The notes under the pieces: model-generated
What the model saw: only the letters and a program-made list of their open reading frames with translations
Databases searched by the model: none
What the model was told of the DNA's origin: nothing
Position numbers and translations under genes: made by a program
In this document: positions 29,666-45,439 of the stretch, one piece after another
Numbering within the stretch: the stretch's first letter is position 1
How the letters are laid out: every line of letters begins with the position of its first letter
DNA from: Eledone cirrhosa
Lineage: Eukaryota
Assembly: GCA_964016885.1 (NCBI GenBank)
Contig: OZ024743.1
Span: 278,256,001-278,320,000 of the forward strand
DNA: 64,000 bases
Direction of reading: 5' to 3'

Positions 29666-32600
29666 CTAACAGCGCTGCGATCGAATGTGGCTTTTTAGCC
29701 CAGCCAATGATCTAAAATATCTTGCACAGAGTCGGCAACCAAAACATTCACTGGGAATAGTCGGCTGTGGTTGGAGTTTGTGTACTCTTGCATGTCGCTT
29801 GAGCCCTCCTGCTGATTTACATTCTCTACCACATGTTTGGCAAGCATGATGAGTAGCATCTCCAACAGCAGCCTGGTAGTCAACCACTGGTCTTACTTTA
29901 TGACTGCGAAGATGACTTTCGAGTCCAGCTTTGCTTAGGCAGAGTCTCGCACATACGCTGCATGTCAGCACCATAGGAGGACCCTCGCCGTCTGGAAGTG
30001 CAACAGCAATGCCCTTCCTCACATCCCGCTTTACTTTCTCGTATACGATTCGAGATGCCTCAAAGGCAACTTTTCCCTCATATACAGTCTTTCTCCATTT
30101 ATTACGATCAGCAGCAACATTTTCCCATGTATCAGCAGAGATGTTAGCGTCTTTCAGAGAGGCTTTCAAGGAATCCTTATACCTCTTTTTTGGTTTATGT
30201 GGCGGTCGTTTTCCTTTAACCAACTCTCCATAAAAGAGTTGTTTTGGTATTCTAGGATCCTTCATCCTGGCAAGGTGACCACTCCAACGGAGTCGCTGCT
30301 TAAGCACAAGAGCTTCTATACTGTCACACATAGAGCTTTCCAGAATCTCGACATCACTGATGTGGTCCCTCCAGTGAACGCCATGGATCCGTCTGAGACA
30401 CATCTGATGGAAACGCTCCAGTTGCTTAAGGTGGTGTCGATATGTACATACCCTGTACACCTTTACCTTTGTCCTCCTGCATATATCTCGCCGACCCCAA
30501 AGTCGCCTTTCTAGCTTTCCGAAAGTATCACTTGCCTTCCTAATCCTAAGTGAGATTTCACTGTCAAGGTTGCTGTATCGATTGACAGTGCTTCCCAGGT
30601 AGACAAACTGATCAACCACTCCTAGTCGTTTGCCATACACATAGATGTTTGGTTCAGTGTACTGCTTACCAGGGGCAGGTTGGTACATGACGACGGTTTT
30701 CTTGAGACTGACAGTCAAACCTAGGGCAGTGCAAGCGTCAGAAAATGTATTCAAAATGTGCTGCATATCACTCTCTGTGTGCGCTACAAGATCGCAATCA
30801 TCTGCATACAAGAGGTCTCTTATGATTAATGTAAATACTTTTGTCTTCGCAGCAAAGCGCCTGATGTTAAATATGCTGCCTGAGGTTCGATATCGGATGT
30901 AAACACCATGCTCGCAATTCCTGAATGCAATACAGAAAACCATTGCAAAGTATATGGCAAACAGGGTCGGTGCTGGAATATCCCCCTGTTTCACTCCATT
31001 TTTTACTGAGATAGGCTCCGACATGTTACATCCGACATTAACCCAAGCCTTCATGTCGTCATGGAAAGACCTAACTAAAGCAAGGAACTTATCAGGGCAA
31101 CCAAGTTTCTGGAGAACCTTCCATAATGCATCTCTGTTAACAGTATCGAAAGCTTTTGTCAGATCGACAAAAACCTGATACAGATCCAAGCCTTGTTCCA
31201 TGCACTTCTCCTGGAGCTGTCTAGCTGAGAAGATCATATCAGTAGTGCCGCGTCCAGCATGAAAATCAGATTGACGTTCAGGAAGAACACAATCTGCAAT
31301 GTGTGTCAGCAGACGGTCCAGAAGCACCCTACATAAAACTTTCCCTTCGACAGAAAGCAATGATATACCTCTGTAGTTCCACAATCGTTCCTGTTACCAT
31401 TTCCCTTGTACAAGACCACCATTACTGCATCTCTCCAGTCCTCGGGTACAGATTCATTAGCCCATATCCTGCCAAACAAAGAGTGAAGATGTTGCAGGAG
31501 TCTCTCACCACCATATTGTAGGAGCTCAGCATGTATGCCATCCATACCTGGAGATCTTCCACTGTTCAGCTTCGAAATAGCCACTGCAACCTCCACAAGA
31601 GTCGGAGGTTCTGCGAGAGCTACTTTCACAGGACTTTCTGGAATGAGATTGAGGAAATCTTCACTGACGACAGACGGCTGATTCAAAAGATCATCAAAGT
31701 GCTCTCGCCACCTTCGTAGAATTCCTTGTGAGTCACGAAGAAGTTTTTTGCCATCCTTGCTGCGGAGCGGTGTCACCAGAGAAGAAGACGGTCCATAAAC
31801 CTCACGCAAGAGACTGTACAACAGCTTTGTGTTATTGTAATCAGACGCAGTTTGTATCTCACCAGCCTTCTCACTCCACCACTGATCCTTCATCTGAGAA
31901 AGACTCCGCCTAACACGTGAATTTACATCCCTGAGTTCCTCATGCAACGTATTCCTTTCCTGTGGTTTTGCCGTCAAGTAGCTTGACAGAGCACGCCTCT
32001 TATCAGCCAACAAGTCTTCTATATGTACATCATTCTCATCAAACCAGCCCTGATGTTTCCTCTGCGCCAATCCCAGAACACGCCTGCCTACATCATAAAC
32101 CGACTTTTTGAGGGTCGGCCAATCCTCACCAAGATCTGCAGCCTGCATCTTTTCTTCCAATGTCCTCTTCACATTTTTATCCTTAAGACGAGCAGCATTC
32201 AATCTTTTGGGCAGGGCAACACCAGGAGCCCGGATTTTACGTTTAGTGATTAGTTTCACTTTTGCGCGTACCAGGCGGTGGTCCGTCCAGCACTCAGCTC
32301 CACGAAGAACACAAACACACTGCACATCCTGTCTGTCACGCATCCTGACTAGGACGTAGTCCAAAAGATGCCATTCCTTAGATGCAGGATGCATCCATGT
32401 GGCCTTGAATTTGTTCTTTTGTTGGAACATGGTGTTGGTAACACACAGATCCAGCTCCTCACACATCTGCAGCAGGAGGATACCATTGCTGTTACACTTT
32501 CCCACCCCATGCCTTCCGATTACATTCCATGTGTTAAAATCCCTACCCACTCTAGCATTAAAGTCCCCAAGCACGATGACTTTGTCTGCCTGAGGGATAT

Positions 32601-33171
32601 TTCTTAAAACACCTTTCAAGGCATGGTAAAAGGACACCTTTTCCTCATCGACAGAACTCATAGTTGGACCATACACACTCACCAGGGTAGCATATCTTCC
32701 CTTGTCCAGCGGAACTCTCATGGACATAAGACGCTCATTAATCCCTACTGGGAATTCTTCTAATTTGTTCACAAGCACAGTCTTAACAGCAAATCCTACC
32801 CCAGCCTCTCTTCTGGTTCCTTCATCTCTTCCCTTCCAGAAGAATGTATATTCTCCACAAAATTCCGTAAGATGACCATCTCCAACTAGCCTCGTCTCAG
32901 ATAAAGCCACGATGTCAAGATCGTAACGTCGAAGCTCCTTTGCAACAAGAGGGGTCCTTCGTTCAGGACGCCCCAAGGAATCCCTGTCAAGCAGCGTCCG
33001 TACGTTCCAGCAGCCAAGACTAAATGCCTTGTTTGGCTCTATTACAATGGCACGATGACGAGCGGGCCCAGGCTGTGATAACCTGGGGCCCATGCCCTTA
33101 TTGCCAATGATCTTTTTTGTTCCAGAACCTAAATTGCCAATTATCTCTTTTATATTGTTCTGGAACATCAT
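29666..33171 (-). pseudogene. RTE polyprotein: APE endonuclease, RT and three C2H2-type fingers
   Basis: WNVRTL, LSETR, GVGF, LGDFNARVG, WTDHRL; NYRGISLLS, FVDLTKAFDTV, GVKQG, LYADD. C-terminal CSVC..H..H, CQTC..H..H and CRLC..H..Q. Confidence 0.93.
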
Positions 33172-33540
33172 TGAATTTGAAAAAAAAAAAAAAAAAGTAA
33201 TAATAATAGTAATAATAATAATAATAATAATAATAGTACACTATTAATAATTATTAATGCACTCGTGCAATGCCTGTGCGTGACGTATATTTTTAAAGTG
33301 AGGAAAGACTGTGCACTGAGCCAATCCCACTCTCTGAGCGACAGTAGCTATAACCCGAAAAGAAAAAAAGATCAACATCATCGGTAACTACTGAGCCGCA
33401 GGTTTTATGTCGGAGTTAACCCAGTTTCCTGAGATGCCTTCTCATAGAAGAATGCCCTGACAAGGGCTAGGGGTTCTTCACTCCCAGTGGTTTAACTGCG
33501 CGATCGGGCATCCAGCCCGATTATTTCTATGTCCCCGCGC
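29666..33540 (-). mobile_element. Near full-length RTE (BovB-like) LINE
   Basis: Single APE-RT ORF broken by one frameshift near 31380, plus a ~370-bp 5' leader. Absent from duplication copy A. Confidence 0.93.
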
Positions 33541-33558
33541 AAAAAAAAAATAAAAAAA

Positions 33559-33695
33559 ATTACCCACTTTATTTTATCGACCCCATAAAGATGAAAGGCA
33601 AAGTCAACATAGGCGGGATTTTAACTCAGATCGTAAATGGACGTAACTATGCTGGAAAGCATGGCGTCCGACCCTCTACCGATACTGCCAATCCA
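33559..33695 (-). mobile_element. SINE remnant (paralog of 9421-9590), truncated at the RTE junction
   Basis: Matches 9455-9590; the left part is missing. Confidence 0.85.
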
Positions 33696-34797
33696 CCTAT
33701 TGAGAACAACATTCACAACATTCACAACATTAACAACAATAAAATCTTGTTCAATTAAATGTATGATACAGGATAAAATTGGTGTTGATGTCTGTTGGAG
33801 AACATAACGTTGTTGGTTACTATATATCTACTGTTACTTTTGTTGTTTTTATTATTGTTGCAATATGTGTTCTGATTGCTTTTTCACTGCTTTCCGCTAT
33901 ATATCCGTTCTCACACACATCCAGGCGCACATACACACATACACACATACACACATATACTCACAAACGCACACTCATTATATATAACTTCATCATACAT
34001 TTAGGCTGCTAGCGTACTTCTTACAATATATTTTAATTAATTACTAACACGAGAGCTAATTATAGTCAAATTAGTTTGTCCAATTTAGCATAATACTAAA
34101 ACCCAATTGTTATATATACCCATCAAATACATGTTTTTTGTGGTTGTTTGGATGATATACCCGACTTCTGATGAGAAATCAATAAGATCCAAAAAACCGA
34201 TTGAAGATGTTTATCATTTTTCTAACAATTCATAGGGAAATTCATTTTTCTGGCATGTTTACATGCCTATATATTAGATATGTGAATGCATGTATGCATG
34301 TTTGTGCAGTCTCGGTGGGATTCTTTGTTTTTATACAGATCCGAAACCTTGAAATCTCCTCCATTTCAACCAAGTGTTAACATAATATAACTGCAAAATT
34401 GCCTCTTGTGTTTTCTTTGTTTCATATATATATATATATATATGAAAAAAGTTTGTCCTTCATCATTGATCTTCCAACTATCATAGGTATTTCATCGCTT
34501 TAAAGACCATATACCTCCGGTTGGTGCGAGCAACGGCTAAAAAAAGTCGTTGGGACACGAAATAAAGGGGACGCGAGGGTAAACAAACAAAATGGTGAGG
34601 CAACAGAAAGTGAGGAATAAGGAGACAAGTCCCAGATTTCTATGAATTTAAGTTCGGTGAAATCGTGAACGAGAGAATAAAGACCATCAAACCTGGTTGA
34701 AATGTGAGCAAGGAAGGAATTTCGCACAGGTCTAACGGGAGGAAGAAGGGGTCTGGTCTGCGAATTCGGTAAACATAAGTTCTGTGAAATCGTGGAC

Positions 34798-34850
<53 letters not shown>

Positions 34851-34854
34851 TAAA

Positions 34855-36300
34855 AGAGAAAACACAGGTAAGCATTAAAAAAAGGATTTTATCCAGGTAT
34901 TTACGACCGTTTCATTGGTAAGTGCAACCTCATATGGCTATACTGCAAATAGCAGCCACTCAAAATCCTTAACACTAAATCTATTAGACTATCTTACTCC
35001 ACTGCACCAAACATAGAGGCACACATTAAGATGCTTAACGCTAAAAAATACGTAACAACACCGGAACACAAATTTATACCAATAACAATACAATTTCCAT
35101 CGACCACAACACAATATCTAATACACAACCACCCACTAGAAGGCAAACAAAACGTAACACACTTGTACAGGCATCGCAGCCCGCCAATAATGCGAAAGTC
35201 GCCCATGACAAGAATTGTAACTTCCACCTACCTGAAAGCTGTCCATTGCATAATGAATGTATGCAGTCTAACCTGGTTTACCAATGCATAGTAGAATCAG
35301 ACAACCAGAAGTGGTATTACATCGAAGCGACTGGGAATACATTTAAAGCTCGTTGGTATATTAACCGTTACGCAATGAAACATTCCCAGCATCGTTATGT
35401 AACTACCCTGGCGAACAAGACCTTGCAACTGAGAGAAAGTAACCATCAATACACTCTGAAGTGGAAAACATTATCGAACGCGCCTGCATATCGGAGTGGT
35501 ATGAGAAGCTGTCGGTTGTGTGACCTTGAACTGTTCCACATTTTTAGTTCGAAGAATAAGTTACTCAACAATAAAATCGAGAGATCAATTTATTGTATCC
35601 ATAGACTCAAAGAAAAATTTTAGCACTACAAGTACAAATCGAACCCTTAACATCTTACTACAACCTGACAAACTGCATATACTTAGACTTTCTACCTTCT
35701 TATTGAATCTTACCCCTTTAATTACCCACAATAACCAATATCTATTTCCATCCCTCCTTCTTCATTCCTTTTTCTTTTTTTCGATTTCTTTTTTTCCTCT
35801 CTCTCCTTTTCGCTATCTTTCTTTCCTTTTCTCTTTTTTATCTTCCCCCTTTATTTTTATTTATATATATATTTATCTCTCTATCTCCCCTCCCTCTCTC
35901 TCTCTCTCTCTCTCTCCCTCCCACTATAAACAATTTAATTCTCTTTATCTCCCTACACTGTAAATTGACGACAAGTTAACGAATCAAAACTGATCGAGGA
36001 ATCCTCCCACCTTTACCCCTCCCTCCATCTCCGTTTGTCACTCTACTTCCTAATTATTCTCCCCCTTCCTCCCTCTCTATACTCATAAATACAATTCCAA
36101 AAAAATGTTTTTTATATATTAAGAACCTTTTACGAGTAACTTATTCATTATTTTGAAAATTTGGAGGTGAACAGCAATTATTTTTGAGTGGCTGCTATTT
36201 GCAGTATAGCGATATAAGGTTCTACTTACCAATGAAACGGTCGTAAATACCTGGATAAAATCCCTTTTTTAATGCTTACCTGTGATTTCTCTTTTATTCT
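34855..36300 (+). mobile_element. Penelope-like element fragment (paralog of 10466-12180), GIY-YIG at ~35210-35623
   Basis: Same endonuclease motifs and the same inverted termini. Confidence 0.85.
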
Positions 36301-36479
36301 TTATACTCCAAGATTGAACGCGATTCTTACAAACTTGTGGCGTTACCTCTAAACGTACGTTGAAACCGTCCATGAAACTGCCTATCTTAAGCACGAACTG
36401 GATTACAATAAGCAATTTTCTGCTTCCCTAACTATATATATATGTATATATATATATAAATATTTGTATATATGTATGT

Positions 36480-37140
36480 AAAAGGTAAACATAAATAACA
36501 ACACAATCAGTACAGTGGGACAGTATATATGGAAGGTATATATTAGGATAAGGCTGGAAATAGCAGGAAGAGGGTTTTAACGTTTCGGACGCTAGTCCTT
36601 CGCCGAAGAGAGAATGATAAATAAGATAGATTGAAGGGACGGGTGGGGTGGAATAACGTGATATTCCTTGTTCGATCATTATACCTAAAGCTTATAGTTT
36701 TAAGCAGACAGTATTATTGATTTAGGTGTCATAGAAACCCTACATTTGGGTTTTACCACCAATTCCAATAGGTCCAGGTCTGTTTTTTTATCATTTATTT
36801 TGTTTTGACTTGTTTAGCTTGATTTGCTTTTTGACTTAGGTGATTAATGCTTTCTTGATCACTTTTTCAGTTTGTATGGCGTTTTAACATATTGTTTAGC
36901 TCTGGTTTTTTAACTAAAGAGCGCTTGCCAGCATAACTCTGATTTTTGCGTTTCGTTTCGCTTTTTCTACCCGCCGAAATGGGATTCTCGCTGAATTAAT
37001 ATTTATATATATATATTCATAGGAAACGACAAAACAGGTACAAATAGTCTTATTAGTTTCACGTTTTATGTATAAAAGGGTAAGATAGTTCGACGTGTCG
37101 GGCTTTAACCCTTCTTCAGAAGTACGAAAATACAGAGGGG
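36480..37140 (-). mobile_element. Degenerate PLE-type terminal repeats with decayed hammerhead-like motifs
   Basis: Minus strand GA-AGGAC-UAGC-GUCC-GAAACGUUA (~36580-36605) and CUGAAGA-AGGGU-UAAA-GCCC-GACACGUC (~37092-37120). Confidence 0.45.
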
Positions 37141-37396
37141 ATCACAAACGATAGATACAGAAAATAAAAGGTATTACGTAGTAAGAAAAAACAAACGAAA
37201 ATAATGAGAGTAAACAAAACAAACTGATAAGAACGCAAAGTGAAATGTGTGTGTATTAGTGTCGTTATTATGTGAGCGCGTATGAGTATGTTTAAACGGG
37301 CGTGTTTTTTTAAGGTTTATTATGTAAGGTTTATTATGTTTGTCTATTTTATGCGTATATCTGTGTGGTGTGTGGTTGTGGATTTTTATGGGTGAG

Positions 37397-37447
<51 letters not shown>

Positions 37448-37453
<6 letters not shown>

Positions 37454-37551
37454 TCCGAAGAAGACGGTCTGATCGAACCTATATATAAGGTCTGCTATAG
37501 ATCAGTTAATATGTCAATATGATCAACCCTTCGAAACGATCGTAAGACAAT
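37448..37551 (+). ncRNA. Hammerhead-like motif with long stem II
   Basis: AUUGUUU-CCGAAGA-...-GAAAC-GAUC-GUA|AGACAAU; 7-bp stem I, palindromic ACGAUCGU stem III; U4 changed to C. Confidence 0.5.
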
Positions 37552-37611
37552 GATATGAATAGGTAATATAACTCGACTTTGTAGTTTTTATTTTCATTGT
37601 TAAATAAATAC

Positions 37612-38287
<676 letters not shown>

Positions 38288-38394
38288 ATATATATATATA
38301 GTAATAATAATAAATTTGAAGACTAAAAAACAGATTAAAGGGTGAAAGCAGCGATTCTTTGCGTAAACTTTAATATATATATATATATATATAT

Positions 38395-38700
38395 ATTAAA
38401 ATACAAATATTAATAAAATAGATGTTCTTTTGATGAATTAAATTTTATTATACAAATTTCGGAGGTACAACAGTACGACCTCATCGGACAAAATATAATG
38501 ATACATGACATACCCTGAGATTTTAAATGGTTAAGATTTAATCAAAGTAGTAAATCTTAACCATTTAACATCTCAGGGTATGTCATGTATCATTATATTT
38601 TGTCTGATGAGGACGTACTTTTGTACCTCCGAAATGTGTATAATAAATTTTAATTGATCAAAAGAACATCTATTTTTTAATATTTGTATTTTAATATTAA
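38395..38700. repeat. Palindromic inverted repeat (~145 bp arms) with a hammerhead motif in each arm
   Basis: Arms meet near 38545-38552. Plus-strand HHR at 38597-38650; minus-strand copy at ~38441-38494. Confidence 0.85.
38597..38650 (+). ncRNA. Minimal type I hammerhead ribozyme
   Basis: UUUGU-CUGAUGA-GGACGUAC-UUUU-GUACCUCC-GAAAU-GUGU-AUA|AUAAA. Confidence 0.7.
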
Positions 38701-38810
38701 TAACTCTGGAAAATAATTTTTTTTTTTTTTCTTACTGTAGAGTGCTTCCAATCTACTGTAAACCTCATTCTTTGATAAACTCATTGAATCTTGTTTAACT
38801 CTTTAATATT

Positions 38811-38872
<62 letters not shown>

Positions 38873-39769
38873 TATATATATATTTATATATATATATATA
38901 TATGTATAAGTATATTTGTGTGTGTGTGTGTGTGTGTGGGTGGATGTGTACACATATTAACCCTCATATGATGGCTAAAAGGCATGAAGATAAAATGAAG
39001 CTAAATGTCCTATTGTCTGAATCATACAAAAATATTGAGTGAGATATTGAATTATTATAAATAACGGAAAAAAATGTAAAAATACACACTCAATCCACTT
39101 AATGTGGGAGTTCCAAATTGGCTGTGAATGTTCATCGGAAACATTAATATTATTTTGAAAGATATTTTCTGATCAATATTTTATCTAAATAACGTGGAAA
39201 CTATGGCATTTTTAAACACTGCATCCATATCAGATTCCTCGATTATAATGTGTATGGATTCATAAATGGCCGATTGTATTTTAAACAAGTGTCTTCTATG
39301 TATACACTGCAGACCCGAATATTGTCAGTAAAATCTATTCGGCGAATACTGCCTTAAAGTCCATCGGGTAGAATTTTGCATGGAATTTATAAGAACAGCC
39401 TTCTCAAATACTTTGTCACAATGATTCCATCTGCGAATTACGTTAAATCCATACGTGCCGTTGGAATACTCCACGACATTGCATGCTAATTCAAGGACTA
39501 TGTTCATAAGTTGATTCAATAGTATGATCGGAGAATTCATTTTTATATATTTATCTTTTTATACAGAGAACATACTAAGCAGTTTAGTGGGTGCATTAGA
39601 GGAAGAACTTACACAATAGTAAAAAGGGAATGACGTCAATGATTTCTTGCCGTTTCAGTCTGGAGCTAGCTGTTTAAACGGCAAGAGCTCAGCCGTCGGG
39701 TCCTCACTCTTTATAATAGAACCATACTCTACTAATTCAAGTATCGAGTACTCTTTTGAGTAATGGTCT

Positions 39770-40693
<924 letters not shown>

Positions 40694-41167
40694 ACGAAAC
40701 TTAAATCAGTGCAGTGGTTGATCCATTAACCATTGTATCGGCCGCTAAATAGATTGGAAAACCATCTTATGGATAAATATCAGTATATGATGTTTCTTCC
40801 ATAAGAGGTCAGTGTAAATTATAGCATGTCCCCATAGAGTCATGTCTATCTATAACTGAACATGAATTTCAATAATCTTTCTCTCTGTAGAGAATGAACA
40901 GGGAAATGGATTCAATATCACGTGACTTACAACAACAGATTCAAAGTTCTAAAGATATAATATCTCCAATAATTTTGTTGGCGAACTAGAAAGAATATCA
41001 CGAAAATAACTAAGATCAAATAGATGCTGTACATTGGCAGCTTCTTGCAGCTATTTCCAGTTAAAAATGAGTCATATGACCAGTGGAAAAGTTTTTATAA
41101 CTAAAATTATATGTCTGAAAATAACCGATGCTAGCATTCTAAAATGACATGAAACCGAATGAAATTT

Positions 41168-41169
<2 letters not shown>

Positions 41170-41218
<49 letters not shown>

Positions 41219-41287
41219 TTCATCATCATCTTCATGATCACCATCACCATCATCATCATCATCATCATCATCATTATCATCATCATG
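41170..41287. repeat. (CAT)n microsatellite
   Basis: Directly visible. Confidence 0.92.
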
Positions 41288-41709
41288 AACAGCAGCAGCA
41301 ATAGCAGCAGTAGCTCTCCACCATATAATCACCACAACTACCACCTACACAATCCCCTCCCCCACCAAAAGAACAACAGCAATCACTGCAACAACCACCA
41401 ATGTATATATTACCATCATCATCTTCATCACCCTGTTAAATCATTCAATTTAAGAATTTCTAGCAACGTGAAATATATTGTCCTCTTCCTTGACGTCTCA
41501 AGAATATCCATTACATATAAATGAAGATGAAATTATTGTTATAACAACTGTGTCTTCTTACGAGCGTAGGAAGGGTAAAAAGAATCTGTATATGATGAGA
41601 AAGATGTGTAATATGGTTCTATGAGAAAATATACCGTAATTTGTGACAACACAAAATATTTTCAAACAACATGATTAAATTATTTGAGACTGATACCTCC
41701 AGAGCCTCT

Positions 41710-43160
41710 ACACTGGCTCTGGATGATGCCACGTTGGGCGGGCCCGTAAGGACCGTCTGCTATGACCTTCAATTGGTGGTTCCTGCCCTGGCGGGAATCG
41801 GCCTCCAGGTCAATTCGGCCAAGTCGGAGGTGGTGAATGTCAGCCTCGATGCTGAGGGCTTTGCAGCCTCCGTCTTGACGTGCGGTCCATTCTCCACCAG
41901 GTTCCGGTGACGCCCAAAGAGGATGTCCTCATCCTCGGGTCACCGATCCACCCGCTGGCCATCCGCTCCACCATCAGGTCCAGGCTTCACCAATTCCAGA
42001 CTCTCACGAGCCGACTGGGCTTGATTGACGGCGACCCAGCTCCTATACCCTTCACAGCGCTCCGTGCTACACCCAGACATATCTCCTCGCTAACCTCAAT
42101 ACTTGTATCCGAGTAGCAGCCGAGGAGATATGCAACGTCAAGTTTGACGACTTAGGGTGGCAACAGACCACTTTACCTGCCAGGTATCGCGATCTTGGTC
42201 TCCGGTCCCCGATCTCACTAGCTTTGACGTATCATTCGTCGGTAACCTCGTGCCGCCTCCTCGTCAGCAGGATTCTTCAAAACACAACATAACCCTCTGT
42301 GTTCAGAGAACGTGAGGCCGATTGTGAGACGTGGGGCCGACTGGGACTTAGCCCAGTAGACCTTGCTCCTCCTTCTCCCCCTATTGGCGTCAAGTCCCCC
42401 CAACGCACTTGGGATGCCATCCAGTCCAGCCTGGCATCAGACAGGCTCACGTGCCAGCTCGACCAGCACCGCCTTGCTTGTTTTCGTGCGGCCTCTAAAC
42501 TCCACAGTGGTGCCTGGCTCCATGTCCTCCCTCCTTCTCCACTGGCACGCAGCTAGACAACCATAGGCTGCGCATCGGCGTTTCCCTGTGGCTCGGCCTC
42601 GGGATCTGCCATCCACACCAATGCCTCCACCCTCTTTCCTGTCGCCACAGTGCCACCCGCATTCCACGACATGCTGCCCGCAACGAGGTCATTAAGCATG
42701 GCTTGGACGCTGCAGGCTTCCCCTCCCAGCTCAAGCCGGTGGGACTAGATCGAGGGGACTGCAAAAGGCCAGATGACATGACCATCTTCCCGTTCCACGG
42801 TGGCAAACCCCTCGTCTGGGATGCCACTTGCACCGACACTTTCTGCAGCCGCAACCTGGTGCAGTCTGCGACTGACCCAGGTTCTGGCAGTGGAGACTCC
42901 TGGTGTCCTCGGCCCCAGGGCTACCTCCTTACTCACCACCATAGGCGCTGAGCCCCGCGAGTTGGAGTGGCTTTTCCAGCGCGTCTCCCTTGCCGTCCTC
43001 CAGTGAAACGCCATCTCCATTCTGTCCGTCGGGGCTGTGAGTGGACCCCATCGCGTATCATTTTTGTAAATACCGCACAGAGTAGCGTTCCAATCTACCA
43101 ACAATCTGCTATTTTATTAAAGTAAATTATATATACAAAAAAAAAACAAAAAAAAAACAA
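41710..43160 (+). mobile_element. 5'-truncated, decayed RLE-type non-LTR retrotransposon (CRE-like) with A-rich tail
   Basis: LDDATLGGP..IGLQVNSAKSEV, ILGSPI, SGAWL, RHAARNEVI, KRPDDMT..PLVWDATC (PD..D nuclease). GC-rich island; A-rich tail at 43137-43160. Confidence 0.82.
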
Positions 43161-44353
43161 ACAATAATTATCATAAATAAACTTATCCTAATTATGCACA
43201 ACATTCTTCCAAATAAAATAATTTCAAAAATTTGGTTTTCTGACGAACCTATCTTTTGACGCCTATTGCTCTGATCATACGAAGAAAAGTAATAAAATTG
43301 TATTTTCTACGTCACAATCCACTGTCACCTACGCCAAATCATGTGACAGGTAATAACTTCATACGACTCTCTCCGCAGCTATGGATATTTATTTATAAGT
43401 TCTAAGAAATCATTATGTATTTAATCTAATTATACATGTCTATATATAAATTTGAACGACTTCCGTCCGTCACACATATGTGTGTAAAAGGAAGGACGGG
43501 GATAGCGAAAAACTATAGCAAAACGGCAGCTGGCGTTCCATTTATTACTCGGTGTATGAATGTATGTGTGTGTTTGTGTTTGTGCGTTATATGTGTATTT
43601 GTGTGAATTTATGTCTGTGAGTTTGTATTTTTTGTAAGTGTGTCTTTGTTTGCGCGTTTATATGTATACATTCATGCATATAAATGTATGGCTATGCTCA
43701 TACACACACGCCCCCCCCCCCCCCCCCGCACAGACACACACACACACATACGCGTCAGCGTGTTGAAAAATATCCTAGTTTGTATAAAACTCTCAGCCTT
43801 TCCGATATCTATGATGTAATGGCTTTAATGGTAGAACGGGGTCTGGATCCACCCGCATGTCTTCAGTATATGCATTTGCAATCTGTTACTTTTTGCAAAG
43901 TTATATACAATTGCCGGGTACTATTTACGAATCTATTACTCATTATCTCTTTTTATAACGCTGCATAGTCAGATTGTTTAGGAGTCTACTTCACAATCAG
44001 AATACTCCGTCCCACTGTTTGGTATCTTTGGTAAGTGTCTTTTATTATGATCACTGAATGATTAACTGAAACCTTGTAAATAAAATTGAGTGGAAACGAT
44101 TCATTTGAAAGTCCATTGTATGAATTTTAATTATAAGTCAGAAAAGCGTGTGTCAAACTAGCTCTCTCAGAGAATTACCTAAAGAGCATTCATGTCATAA
44201 GAATTCTCGCTCTATTCATATTCTAAGTCATGAGTAGTTAAGGAATTTATTACGCACCCAAACGGTTTTTATTTCAGTTCTTCTGCCCCTACTATTAGGC
44301 AAGGGCCTTCAACTATAGTTTCGGATTCACATAAACATACGTATATATGTATG

Positions 44354-44442
<89 letters not shown>

Positions 44443-44601
44443 TTATTAAAATAACAGATTAAAGTTTAAGCAAAGAATCGCTGCTTTCACCCTTAACGGG
44501 ATCTTCTGAAACTAACAAAGTCAATCTGTAAACGCAGAAGTGGATATTTAAAAAAACCTTACAATCGGAGGAAGACAGGAAGACGATACTTTGGTTTGTG
44601 T

Positions 44602-44868
44602 AAACGTTCCCTGGCGAAGAGAGGGAAAAAACGAATATAATACGACATGATTTGGAGCAGTGAAAAACAATTACACGCAAAGACAGAACCACGTTTATGG
44701 TATAAAAGAAGTCGTAGACTAAATTTCTCTTAGGTGGTTCATAGAGACGTTCTCTGGCAATGAACGGAAAAAACGAAGATAATACGTCATATGTGGAGCG
44801 TGGAGAACAATTGCACGCAAAGACAAAACCACGTAAATGGTATAACTGAAGTCGTAGACTAAAATTCT
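44602..44868. repeat. Two diverged ~143-bp direct repeats (also at ~49441-49707)
   Basis: acgttc..tggc..aaaaaacgaa..cacgcaaagaca..gaagtcgtagactaaa occurs twice. Confidence 0.75.
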
Positions 44869-45439
44869 AACAAGGAAACCGAATGATTCTCCACTTCAGA
44901 GTTAAGAATAAAGTAAATAAAATACAGAGGTAATTGAAATTAAATAAATACATACACGTATCCAAATGCGTACATACACAAGCATACGCGAAAACACTCG
45001 CCATAGGTATACAAATACACGCACATATAAATATGTGTGTGTGTGCGTGTATACAAATAATTAAATAAACGTATATAAATAAATAAATAAATACGTATAT
45101 AACAAGCGCACACACATACCTACATGTAAATGCACAAATGTTCAGAGATGCACGTCAACCAAAACACGAAGTACACATATACACACACCCTACATACGTA
45201 CGAACCCGCATACTCACACAGACGCAAAACTCACGCATACACATAACCAAAAGCATATGTACCAGAATATATAAAAATATACGCCATAACATATACAATC
45301 AAATATACGTACGAGAAAGTATATGTACCTTCACAAAACATACGGGTAATATATACTTACCTATGCAAATAAGTAATAGTATAAACATAACATATACTTA
45401 GCTACCACATCAAGACGTAAAATATCCGCATATAGATCG

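Noticed and set aside
38957-38966. TTAACCCT piggyBac-like terminus
   Set aside because: No matching opposite TIR or transposase found.
40930-40947. 18-nt minus-strand microexon (tag|..|gtaagt)
   Set aside because: Weak acceptor; such signal pairs occur by chance.
41072-41344. Asp-rich secreted protein ORF
   Set aside because: Dominated by a nearly pure (GAT)n tract; no independent coding evidence.
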